Part shown: piece by piece, positions 6,950 to 15,936 of the stretch
Layout: the number at the start of each line of letters is the position of its first letter
How positions within the stretch are numbered: the stretch's first letter is position 1
Assembly (NCBI GenBank): GCA_964195905.1
Contig: CAXMQV010000029.1
Coordinates: 5,618 to 69,617, forward strand
Origin: an uncultured Gammaproteobacteria bacterium
GTDB taxonomy: Bacteria > Actinomycetota > Acidimicrobiia > Spongiisociales > SHLN01
Reading direction: 5' to 3'
Length of the DNA stretch: 64,000 nt
The notes under the pieces: generated by a model
What the model was told of the DNA's origin: nothing
Database searches by the model: none
What the model saw: only the letters and a program-made list of their open reading frames with translations
Translations under genes and position numbers: made by a program

Positions 6950-9685
6950 ATGACCGACCGTGACAGCGCGCTCCGAGCCGACATCCGGCGTCTCGGCACC
7001 AACCTCGGTGAGACCCTGGTTCGTCAGGTCGGGCCCGAGCTACTGTCGCTGGTTGAGGAGGTGCGGGCGATAACCAAGCGGCTCCGTAGCGAGGAGGATT
7101 CCGCTACCTCGGAGCTCGAAGAGGTCCTCGGCCGTCTCGACCTTGACACCACCATCAATCTCGTCAGGGCGTTCAGCGCGTTCTTCTTCCTCGCCAATGT
7201 CGCCGAGCAGACTCACCGGGTCAACGACCCGGCCTCCGGCACCGAGCCGGTCGATGACCCGCTTGCGGCGGCCGTCGACCGGATCCTCGAGGCAGACGTC
7301 GATCCCGCTCTAGTCGCCGACGTCATCTCACGTCTCGAGCTTCGGCCCGTGTTCACCGCCCATCCCACCGAGGCGGCCCGCCGGTCCCTGCTCACGAAGG
7401 TGGCCGACATCTCAGATCTCCTGACCGAGCGTGGCGATCCTCGTGTGACGGCGGCCCAGCAACGCCGCATCGATCGCCGGGTGAGTGAAATCATCGACCT
7501 CATGTGGCAGACCGATGAGCTCCGTCACGATCGGCCGACCCCTATCGACGAAGCTCGCTCAGCGGTGTACTACTTCGACGAGCTTTTCGAGGAGACAGTT
7601 GGGCCGTTGTCCGACACCCTCGACGAGCAGTTCGGGCGGCTGGGACGGCCACCCGGGCCCGACCAGTTCCCTATCCGGTTCGGGACCTGGGTGGGCGGAG
7701 ATAGGGACGGCAATCCGAATGTGACACCGGAGGTGACCGGTGAGGTGCTGGCCATCCAGCACGAGCACGGTCTCCGCAACCTCATCAAGGCGGTCGAGGA
7801 ACTGGCTGCGGAGCTCAGTGTCTCGGGCCGTCTGGTCGAGGCGTCACCAGCCCTGGAGGACTCTCTAGCGGAAGACCGGGCAGCGCTTCCCGAGGTGTTC
7901 GCTCGCTTTGGCGAGCTGAACGCTCGCGAGTCGCACCGCCTCAAATTGGCCTTCGTCCACCAGCGTCTTCACAACACGAGGCGGAGGTTCGAGGATGGCT
8001 CCCAGCACATCGCGAGCGTCGACTACCTGGACGGCGATGAGATGCTGGCCGACCTCCGGCTGATCTACGACTCGCTCATGGAGCGTCGCGGAGAGTTAAT
8101 CGCCGGCGGCTCGCTGACGCGGTTGATGCGACGTGTTGTCTGTTTCGGGTTCCGTCTCGCCACCATGGACATCCGGGAGGATGCCGGCCGGGTCCACGAT
8201 GTGGTCGCCGAGTTGTATGAACGGCTCGACGGTTCTTCCGATACGTACCTGGCGATGGATCGTCCGCAGCGGGCCGTCCTGCTGGCCGGTGAGCTGGAGA
8301 ACCGGCGTCCTCTGTCGAGCTCGCTGGTCGAACTGGCCGGGGACAATGGCTCCACCGTGGGAGCGTTTCGGGCCACCCGAAATGCGCTTGATACCTACGG
8401 CCCGGGGACGATCGAGAGCTTCATCCTGTCGATGACCGTGGCCGCCGATGACGTTCTGGCTGCGGCAGTGGTTGCGCGAGAGGCCGGTCTCATCGATATC
8501 CATGCCGGGGTGGCCCGAATCGGTTTCGTTCCACTCTTCGAGACCATCGGTGAGATCCGGGGTGGAGCCGCCAGCGTCGATGAGCTGCTCACGGTCCCCG
8601 CCTATCGGCAGATCGTCGCGCTGCGGGGAGATGTCCAGGAAGTGATGCTCGGATACTCGGACTCGAACAAGCACGGCGGGATAACCACCTCGCAGTGGGA
8701 GCTCTATCAGGCCACCCGCGCCATCAGAGACGTGGCGGCCCGGCACGGGGTGAAGCTGCGGTTCTTCCACGGCCGGGGGGGAACGGTTGGCCGGGGCGGC
8801 GGTCCAACCGGAGACGCCATCATGGCGCAGGCTTTCGGTACGGTCGACGCCGCCCTCAAGCTCACCGAACAGGGAGAGGTCATCGCCGACAAGTACGGGT
8901 TGCCGGCGCTCGCCTACCGCAACCTGGAGGTGGCGCTGGCAGCCGTCCTTGAGGCCTCCCTGCTCCATCGGACATCGCGGGCCGATGCCGCAACGCTGGC
9001 GCGCTGGTTCGATGTCATGGACACGATCTCGGACGCCGCCTTTGGCGCCTACCGGGCACTCGTCGACGATCCCGACCTCGTCCCGTATTTCCTGACCTCG
9101 ACTCCGGTCGAGGAACTCGGCGCGATGAACATCGGCTCTCGCCCCGCTCGACGACCCGGCACGGGCTCAGGCCTCGATGGATTGCGAGCCATTCCGTGGG
9201 TGTTCGGGTGGACGCAATCTCGCCAGGTGGTGCCGGGTTGGTACGGGGTGGGGACCGGACTGGAGGCGGCTCGCCTGGCCGGACACGGAGAAGTGATCGA
9301 TGAGATGTATGAGCGATGGTCGTTCTTCCGGACCTTCCTTTCCAACGTCGAGATGACACTCACCAAGACCGATCTCGCAGTGGCTGCCCGTTATGTCAAG
9401 CGGCTCGTCGACCCCGAGCATCAGCACGTGTTTGAGGACATCCGCAGCGAGTACCTGCGAACCGTCCAGGAAACGCTGGCGGTGACCGGGCAAGCGAACT
9501 TGCTCAACCGCAACCCGACTCTGGCCAGGACCCTGGCGGTTCGCGATGTCTACATCGACCCGATGAGCTTCGTACAGGTCGAATTGCTCGCCAAAGCCCG
9601 GGCCGGCGGCGGTGACGACCAGCTCCGAAGGGCCCTCCTGTCGACGGTGAACGGAATCGCAGCCGGCTTGCGCAACACGGGGTGA
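6950..9685 (+). CDS. ppc: Phosphoenolpyruvate carboxylase (bacterial type)
   Basis: VFTAHPTE, QEVMLGYSDSNK, FHGRGGTVGRGGGP, LRAIPWVFGWTQSR, C-terminal RNTG. Start at MTDRD, 7 nt after TATTGT. Confidence 0.97.
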   Translation: MTDRDSALRADIRRLGTNLGETLVRQVGPELLSLVEEVRAITKRLRSEEDSATSELEEVLGRLDLDTTINLVRAFSAFFFLANVAEQTHRVNDPASGTEPVDDPLAAAVDRILEADVDPALVADVISRLELRPVFTAHPTEAARRSLLTKVADISDLLTERGDPRVTAAQQRRIDRRVSEIIDLMWQTDELRHDRPTPIDEARSAVYYFDELFEETVGPLSDTLDEQFGRLGRPPGPDQFPIRFGTWVGGDRDGNPNVTPEVTGEVLAIQHEHGLRNLIKAVEELAAELSVSGRLVEASPALEDSLAEDRAALPEVFARFGELNARESHRLKLAFVHQRLHNTRRRFEDGSQHIASVDYLDGDEMLADLRLIYDSLMERRGELIAGGSLTRLMRRVVCFGFRLATMDIREDAGRVHDVVAELYERLDGSSDTYLAMDRPQRAVLLAGELENRRPLSSSLVELAGDNGSTVGAFRATRNALDTYGPGTIESFILSMTVAADDVLAAAVVAREAGLIDIHAGVARIGFVPLFETIGEIRGGAASVDELLTVPAYRQIVALRGDVQEVMLGYSDSNKHGGITTSQWELYQATRAIRDVAARHGVKLRFFHGRGGTVGRGGGPTGDAIMAQAFGTVDAALKLTEQGEVIADKYGLPALAYRNLEVALAAVLEASLLHRTSRADAATLARWFDVMDTISDAAFGAYRALVDDPDLVPYFLTSTPVEELGAMNIGSRPARRPGTGSGLDGLRAIPWVFGWTQSRQVVPGWYGVGTGLEAARLAGHGEVIDEMYERWSFFRTFLSNVEMTLTKTDLAVAARYVKRLVDPEHQHVFEDIRSEYLRTVQETLAVTGQANLLNRNPTLARTLAVRDVYIDPMSFVQVELLAKARAGGGDDQLRRALLSTVNGIAAGLRNTG

Positions 9686-9787
9686 ACGGCGCTCCGCGCC
9701 GGAGCCCAGAACGAACGACAGACGGCAGCAATCAACTAGTCGGTCAACGAAGGGGGCTCTTGCCCCAACGAAGTCCTGAGGACGAAG

Positions 9788-9811
9788 CTGTCAACTGTCA
9801 ACTGTGAACTG
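9788..9811. repeat. 7-bp tandem array (CTGTCAA-type x3)
   Basis: ctgtcaa ctgtcaa ctgtgaa ctg; same family as 4496-4526. Confidence 0.85.
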
Positions 9812-9831
9812 GGGAGGCGTAGACTTTCCTC

Positions 9832-10017
9832 ATGGAGCCGGAAAAGACCATCATCTGTGTCGAATGCGGGGGAACGGCTCATCTCTTGAGCCACCGGCCC
9901 GACGATGACCCGTTTCAGTCCGGAGACGTGGTGGCGTACACGTGTCCCGACTGCAATCACCGACTTGACATCGTCCTCGAAGAGGACGAAGAGGTCGGCG
10001 AGTTCGCCGGGCAGTAG
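9832..10017 (+). CDS. Small zinc-ribbon-like protein (61 aa)
   Basis: CVEC...CPDC and an acidic tail; TAGACT 6 nt before the ATG. Confidence 0.75.
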   Translation: MEPEKTIICVECGGTAHLLSHRPDDDPFQSGDVVAYTCPDCNHRLDIVLEEDEEVGEFAGQ

Positions 10018-10026
10018 AACTCCTTC

Positions 10027-10674
10027 ATGACTGACATGGGATTTCGCGATCGGCGCGACGCGGGCCGACAACTCGGCGTCGCCCTCGCCGACTACCGCGA
10101 TCGAAAGCCGCTCGTCGTTGGCCTCCCGCGCGGTGGGGTGGTGGTAGCCGCCGAGGTGGCCGCCGCCCTCGAAGCCGACCTCGACATCCTGGTGGTACGC
10201 AAGCTCGGCGCCCCCGGTCAACCCGAGCTCGGTCTGGGAGCTATTGCCGAAGGCGGAGTGCTGCTGTTGAACAAGCCACTCATGCGCCAGGTCCGGGTGA
10301 CGAAGGAACAGCTCCAATCGACAATCGATGCCGAAAACGAGGAGCTCAAGCGGCGACTGGAGACCTATCGCGGAGACCGCCAACCGATTGATGTGACAGA
10401 TCGGCTCGTCATCGTGGTCGACGATGGTCTCGCCACCGGTGGAACCGTCCGGGCTGCCGCCGGGGCCTTGCAACACCTCGGTGCCGGCTCCCTCGTTCTG
10501 GCCGTGCCGGTTGGAGCTCCGCGCACCGTCGAAGAGCTAGGTCCCCTCTTCGCCGACATCGTGTGCCTTGAAACCCCGGCTACCTTCTGGGCCATTGGCC
10601 AGTTCTACGCCGACTTTGCCCAGACAACCGATGACGAGGTTGTGCGCCTTCTGGCAGGTCGGACCGACGTCTGA
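10027..10674 (+). CDS. Phosphoribosyltransferase family protein
   Basis: FRDRRDAGRQL, LPRGGV, PRPP-binding loop VIVVDDGLATGGT. Confidence 0.92.
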   Translation: MTDMGFRDRRDAGRQLGVALADYRDRKPLVVGLPRGGVVVAAEVAAALEADLDILVVRKLGAPGQPELGLGAIAEGGVLLLNKPLMRQVRVTKEQLQSTIDAENEELKRRLETYRGDRQPIDVTDRLVIVVDDGLATGGTVRAAAGALQHLGAGSLVLAVPVGAPRTVEELGPLFADIVCLETPATFWAIGQFYADFAQTTDDEVVRLLAGRTDV

Positions 10675-10813
10675 ACATGTTCAGTTCACCGGCGTTGGGT
10701 CCGACCGTCCGAGCCTCGGGTCGAACTTCCTCCGGTTTGGCCGGGGGCAAGTGCCATTCGCCTCTGTTGAGCCGGGGACCGGCCGGTAGCGTCTGAACTG
10801 GAGAGGATTTGTT

Positions 10814-11260
10814 GTGTCAGAACTCGATCATGTGCTCGCGGCCGTCGACCTGGGAGAAAGCTCGGAGCCCGTCGTTAACTTTGCGGCCACCCTCGCCCGA
10901 GCGTCTGGCGCCGAACTCATCGCGCTCCACGTCATCTCGCCCGAGGAGCAAGAGGATCGCGCCGAGAATCCAGGAGATAGCCGGTTCGTCGATGTCATGG
11001 TCTCTGAGACCGAGAGAACGCTGCGCGACCTTGTCGCAGCATCGGCGACGGAGGATTTGGTGGTTCGCTGTATCGCCCTGACGGGTGACCCGGCGAGTGA
11101 AATCATCAAAGCGGGAGTGGAGACCGACAGCTTGCTTGTCATCGGAATGCGGCGGCGGTCCCGGGTCGGCAAATTCCTCCTGGGTAGCGACCTGCAGGAG
11201 ATGCTTCTGTCTACTTCCCGTCCAATCGTTGCCGTGCCGATTGGGCCCGACACCGCCTAG
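10814..11260 (+). CDS. Universal stress protein
   Basis: VLAAVD, LIALHV, G.P..EI, VIGMRRRS...LLGS. Confidence 0.9.
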   Translation: MSELDHVLAAVDLGESSEPVVNFAATLARASGAELIALHVISPEEQEDRAENPGDSRFVDVMVSETERTLRDLVAASATEDLVVRCIALTGDPASEIIKAGVETDSLLVIGMRRRSRVGKFLLGSDLQEMLLSTSRPIVAVPIGPDTA

Positions 11261-11280
11261 CCATCAGACTTCCCGGCGTT

Positions 11281-12039
11281 CTAGCCCACCGGGAATCCGG
11301 CCGCGGCGTAGGCGTCTGCGAACTCCACGAGGGTCGTAGCTGTTGGTCCGTTGTAGTCGGTGACGACCAGACCGATGATCGGGACATCGATCTGTAGCAC
11401 CGCCGGTTGTGTCAAAAGGGTGGCATACCTCTCCGGATACGTCTCGGCGATCCAGGTCCGGAAGTCGTTCACGATTGCGGGCCGGTCGGAACGGATGACG
11501 AAGACCGTATGGATCAGGCCGTCCTTGATTCCAACGCTCAGCCGGCCGAACGTTGCGCCCTGGGGTCCTGCCAACCGCTCCGACACCGCGTCGCGCAGCC
11601 TGTAGTCACATCGCAGCCATGAGTCATAGCCGGCCGGCTCTCCCGGGGCCGTAGGACGGGCAGTGCAATCACCGATTTCGGTTCGGGTCTCGAGGGTGTG
11701 CTGATACTCGATGAACTTGTCGAGTCGGTCGCCGAAGGGGGATACGTGCTCGATGTTGAGGAAGCTCCAGTACGTCGGCCACATGAGGATGGTGGGGTCC
11801 TCTATGAGGTTGCGGGCGCGGGCGATTTCGCCACCGTCGATGGCGGCAGCGAAGGCGCGCACCGTTCGTTCGTCATCGGGAGGCCGTCCAATCCATCGGG
11901 CGGCGGAGAAGATGCCCAATACCACGATCACCAACCCGACCGCCAATCCCACGGCGAGTATGGGCGAGGAATCCGAGACTGGAACCGCAACTTTGCCCAC
12001 CAGCTGAACCCCTGCATCATCGGAAGCTGGGCCGTTCAT
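11281..12039 (-). CDS. Hypothetical protein with a single N-terminal TM anchor
   Basis: 252 aa ORF filling the gap between USP and the amidohydrolase; hydrophobic ILAVGLAVGLVIVVLGIF. No family recognised. Confidence 0.6.
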   Translation of the reverse strand: MNGPASDDAGVQLVGKVAVPVSDSSPILAVGLAVGLVIVVLGIFSAARWIGRPPDDERTVRAFAAAIDGGEIARARNLIEDPTILMWPTYWSFLNIEHVSPFGDRLDKFIEYQHTLETRTEIGDCTARPTAPGEPAGYDSWLRCDYRLRDAVSERLAGPQGATFGRLSVGIKDGLIHTVFVIRSDRPAIVNDFRTWIAETYPERYATLLTQPAVLQIDVPIIGLVVTDYNGPTATTLVEFADAYAAAGFPVG

Positions 12040-12167
12040 CCCACCATGATGCCCATCGTTGCGCCTCTACGTGAGGCGGCTTCCCGGACCATCCGGGACG
12101 CCGGCAGGGCAGTGGCGGGAGGGCCGTGCGCCTGGCTAGCCTGGCCAAACCCAACCAGGAGAGTTCA

Positions 12168-13595
12168 GTGGGCCAGACCACCCGTATTCGCAATGGCATC
12201 ATCCAGACTCCGACCGGCCCGGTCGAGGCCGACGTGCTCATCGACGGTGAGAGAATCTCAGCGCTCCTGGGCAGGAATAGCGAGGCCGTTGCCGACACCG
12301 AAGTCGATGCGACCGGCCTGTGGGTGCTTCCCGGCCTTATCGACCTCCACGCCCACACCCGGGTGCCAGGCTATGAGTACAAGGAGGACTATCTGACCTC
12401 CTCCCGGGCCGCCGCCGTCGGTGGCTACACGACATACATCGATATGCCGAACGTCGAGCCGCCCACGACGACCGTGGAGCTGTTCGAGGAAAAGCGGGCA
12501 ATCGCCGCCGAGAATTGTCTCATCGACTGGGGCCATTTCGTAGGGCCCGTCCAGTTCGATCAAATCGAAGGGTTCGCCAAGGCCGGCGCCACCGGGTTCA
12601 AGATTTTTCAGGTCACCGGCGGCTACCCGCACGATCCCCGGCTTGCCCTCGACGATCCCGGCCGGCTCTATCAGACATTCCAGGCGATCGCCGATACGGG
12701 TCTCCCGTGCGTGGTGCATCCGTTTTCCCAGACGCTTTTCGAGTATCTCTATGAAGAGGCGTCGGCGGGCGGCGCGCCCCGAGATATCCATACGTTCAGT
12801 GCGGTCTATACGCGGGACATTGTGTGGCGCACCGCGGTCGCCATCCTGCTCGAACTGCAAAGGGACACAGGAGTACGGCTCCAGGTCGTCCACACGCACG
12901 CCCCGGGCAGCCTGCGTTTGCTGCGGCAAGCGAAAGCAGATGGCGTTGGGGTTACCGTCGCAGCCGATCCGAAGTACTTCCATCTCCGCGACGAGGACAT
13001 CAATGCCCAGGGAGCTCGGGCGATCCCGGGCGGCGCCGTCACCAAGGATCCGGCCCGGATGGAGGAGATCTGGCGGTCGATCGAAGACGGGACCATCGAC
13101 ATCATCGACTCCGACCATGCTCCTCACACGCTGGAGGACCTGAAGTTGATGGAGAAAGATCCGCTCGTCGGTCCATTTGGTGCTCCGCATTACGACCATC
13201 TCTTGTCGCTCATGCTCACCGACGTACGCAAAGGCAAGATGCGCTTGGAGCGGCTCGTCGAAATGTTGACCGAGACTCCGGCCCGAATCCTCGGCGTGTA
13301 TCCCGAGAAGGGCGCGGTCATGCCTGGCTCGCTGGCCGACATCGTGCTGGTCGACCCCAACAAGAAGGTGGTTCCCAGGGACGAGGAGATGGAGTCGAAG
13401 TCGGCGTGGACACCGTATGTGGACTGGGAGTTCACGGGGGCGGCCGTCATGACCATGCTACGCGGCACCGTCATCGCCAAGGACGGGAAACCAGTCGGTG
13501 AGCCAGGGTTCGGTCGGCACATCGCCGGGCGGGCCCAGGACTGGGCACCGCCTACCAAAAAGGCGCACCAGGGGATCTCGCTGCAGGTTCGATAG
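12168..13595 (+). CDS. Dihydroorotase/allantoinase-like cyclic amidohydrolase
   Basis: DLHAHTRVPG (HxH), AAAVGGYTT..DMPN, GFKIF (carbamylated Lys), VVH, SDHAPH. GTG start after RBS AGGAGAG. Confidence 0.88.
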   Translation: MGQTTRIRNGIIQTPTGPVEADVLIDGERISALLGRNSEAVADTEVDATGLWVLPGLIDLHAHTRVPGYEYKEDYLTSSRAAAVGGYTTYIDMPNVEPPTTTVELFEEKRAIAAENCLIDWGHFVGPVQFDQIEGFAKAGATGFKIFQVTGGYPHDPRLALDDPGRLYQTFQAIADTGLPCVVHPFSQTLFEYLYEEASAGGAPRDIHTFSAVYTRDIVWRTAVAILLELQRDTGVRLQVVHTHAPGSLRLLRQAKADGVGVTVAADPKYFHLRDEDINAQGARAIPGGAVTKDPARMEEIWRSIEDGTIDIIDSDHAPHTLEDLKLMEKDPLVGPFGAPHYDHLLSLMLTDVRKGKMRLERLVEMLTETPARILGVYPEKGAVMPGSLADIVLVDPNKKVVPRDEEMESKSAWTPYVDWEFTGAAVMTMLRGTVIAKDGKPVGEPGFGRHIAGRAQDWAPPTKKAHQGISLQVR

Positions 13596-13603
13596 CCGTC
13601 GTC

Positions 13604-14827
13604 TTACCCGCCGGGGAGCTCAGGGAGCCGGTGGATCAGCTCGGCCAGGAGGGCAGCCCGCGGGACGATGCTGTCGATTTCGATGTGCTCGTCGGCGGTC
13701 ATGAGCCCGCCCCCGAGTGGTCCGAGCCCATCGAGGGTCGTCGTCGTGGGTCGGCGGAAGGCTGAGCTGCCGGCGGCGGCCGATGCGAAGGCGTCGATTT
13801 CCACGTCGAGCTCGGTACCGATGTGACGGGCCAGGGAAAGCATGCGGTCGGTCTCCTCATCCCACACCACGCCCGGGCGGTGGCTGTGCATGTGAAATTC
13901 GATCTCAGCCCGCGAGCCACCGGCGACGTCTGCCGCGATCTCGCGCATCCGACCCGTCGTTTCCTCCCACTTCAGGAGTGCCCTGGTCCGGATATCGACG
14001 ACTGCCTCGGCCGATGCAGGCACGATGCTGCGGCGGCGACCGGCCCTGGCAATGGTCACCGTCACCAGCGTGCCGGACTCGGGATCGGAAAGAGCATTGA
14101 ACGCGAGGATGAGCCGAGCCAGGACTTCGAGAGCATTCACTCCTGTGTCGCGGGCGCTCCCGGTATGCGCCTCCAGACCGGTGATTCGCAGGGACCCCAC
14201 GCCAATATGACCGCGAGCGGCCATGAGCTTGCCTCCACGGCGGGCGCATTCCACACACAGGCACCAGTCGGCTCCGGCGGCGGCCTCCTCGATCACGGGT
14301 CGGGATCCCAGACTGCCGGCTTGCTCGTCGCCCGCCAGCACCAATGCGATGTCCGGTCGCTCGATCCCCAGCGCATGGAGAGCCTGCAGTGCCGCCACCA
14401 GCACGACGAGCCCGCCTTTCATGTCGGCAATCCCGGGGCCGTAGGCGCGTCCGGCCTCGATGCGAAATGGCGTGTCGGCCAGTGCCCCGACCGGAAAGGC
14501 GGTATCGAGGTCTCCGAGCAGCAGCAAGCGGCCCGGTTCGGCGCCCGCCGCGAATCCCGAGTACGTGGCTCCCAGGTCGGTATACGGGATGCCGGGGGAG
14601 AAAAGCTCCTCCAGCCACCGGAGTGATGGAGTGACCGGGCGCTGGGGTGTGGCCTCAAGCGAGAACCCGACCGGGGTCAGCTCGGTGGCCAGGGTGGCGG
14701 CGACCGCCGCTACGCCTGCTGGATGTGCCGCGTGGCTTTCGGTGATCACGAGTTGTTCGAGAAGCTCGAACAGACGGGTCCGCTCTCCCTTGAGCCACCC
14801 TGCTATTGCCTGCGCCTCGTTCCTCAC
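13604..14827 (-). CDS. M20/M25/M40 family protein (carboxypeptidase G2-like) with substituted metal ligands
   Basis: LLLGDLDT, GPGIADMKGG, GDEQAGS, CVEC, AHTG, GLGPLGGGLMTADEH. GTG start 7 nt after TAAGCT. Confidence 0.85.
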   Translation of the reverse strand: MRNEAQAIAGWLKGERTRLFELLEQLVITESHAAHPAGVAAVAATLATELTPVGFSLEATPQRPVTPSLRWLEELFSPGIPYTDLGATYSGFAAGAEPGRLLLLGDLDTAFPVGALADTPFRIEAGRAYGPGIADMKGGLVVLVAALQALHALGIERPDIALVLAGDEQAGSLGSRPVIEEAAAGADWCLCVECARRGGKLMAARGHIGVGSLRITGLEAHTGSARDTGVNALEVLARLILAFNALSDPESGTLVTVTIARAGRRRSIVPASAEAVVDIRTRALLKWEETTGRMREIAADVAGGSRAEIEFHMHSHRPGVVWDEETDRMLSLARHIGTELDVEIDAFASAAAGSSAFRRPTTTTLDGLGPLGGGLMTADEHIEIDSIVPRAALLAELIHRLPELPGG

Positions 14828-14893
14828 GGATGCGAGCTTAGGCTCTCAGCTCGTGGGCGGTAGGGTCCGTGTCACAATCGAGAAGGAGCAGCC

Positions 14894-15919
14894 ATGGCGA
14901 AGAAACCTGAGTTTGGGGTTCGTCTTCCGGTCGCTGGACCGCTGGCGAATACCGCCGATATCCGCCGCAGCGCGGTCAAAACCGAGGAGCTTGGATTTGA
15001 CGCGCTGTGGGTACATGACTTCCTGGCGTGGACCACGTTTCAGGACCAACACCACGTGTCCTGCGGATCGCGCGAGGCCGTGGAGGCAGCGGACGCCCCT
15101 CCCGTCTTTTTCGAGTCGCTCACCAACCTTGCATTCCTGGCCGGCATCACAAGCGAAATCCGCCTCGGCGTCGCCGTGCTGTGTCTGCCTTACCGCAATC
15201 CGATTGTGGCGGCCAAACAGGTCGCCAACATCGATGTTCTCAGCAATGGGCGGCTCATACTGGGCATTGGCACAGGGGCGCCGGCCAGTACCCACAATGT
15301 CGATTTTGAGGTCCTCGGGGTCGAACGAAAAACCAAGTACCACGTCACTCGCGACTACCTGCGGGCCATGAAGGCTGTCTGGACGGAGGACAATCCGTCA
15401 TATGAGGGCGAGTACTTCAGCTTCCCGGAGACCGAGATCTGGCCCAAGCCGGTCCAGAAGCCCTATCCGCCGATCTGGACCGGCGGCCACGGCCCCACCG
15501 CCATGGACATCACCGCCGAATTCTCCACCGGCTGGATTCCGCCCTGGATTCCGCCCGAGGAGTACCCCGAACGAATCCGCAGTCTCGATGAGCTGGCCGT
15601 CGAGAAGGGTCGGGGCGGGACCGAGTTCGATATTGCCACCGAGGTGTACGTGTCGCTCGCCGAATCACGCGATGAGGCGATTAGCTCTGCCGAAAAAACG
15701 CTCGGAGTTCTGACCGAAGGCTTCGATCACACCGCCACCCAGGATTCCATCGCGGCGGCCGGGCTCATCGGCAGCGCCGATGACATCGGCGAGAAGATCG
15801 GCAAGTACATCGAGGCCGGGGTCAATCACTACGAGATGAAGTTCATCTATCACACGGTCGACCATTTGCTGGAGCAGCTGGAACATTTCGCCTCGGCCGT
15901 CACGCCTGCGTTCCGCTAG
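14894..15919 (+). CDS. LLM class flavin/F420-dependent oxidoreductase (LLM1)
   Basis: GFDALWVHD, IRLGVAVLCLPYRNP, LSNGRLILGIGTG, PKPVQKPYPPIWTGG. Confidence 0.9.
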   Translation: MAKKPEFGVRLPVAGPLANTADIRRSAVKTEELGFDALWVHDFLAWTTFQDQHHVSCGSREAVEAADAPPVFFESLTNLAFLAGITSEIRLGVAVLCLPYRNPIVAAKQVANIDVLSNGRLILGIGTGAPASTHNVDFEVLGVERKTKYHVTRDYLRAMKAVWTEDNPSYEGEYFSFPETEIWPKPVQKPYPPIWTGGHGPTAMDITAEFSTGWIPPWIPPEEYPERIRSLDELAVEKGRGGTEFDIATEVYVSLAESRDEAISSAEKTLGVLTEGFDHTATQDSIAAAGLIGSADDIGEKIGKYIEAGVNHYEMKFIYHTVDHLLEQLEHFASAVTPAFR

Positions 15920-15936
15920 GTCAGGAAAGGAAACAC

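Noticed and set aside
12168-13595. Gene symbol pyrC or allB
   Set aside because: The motifs fit the family, but the context is non-pyr and non-all, so substrate identity is not supported.
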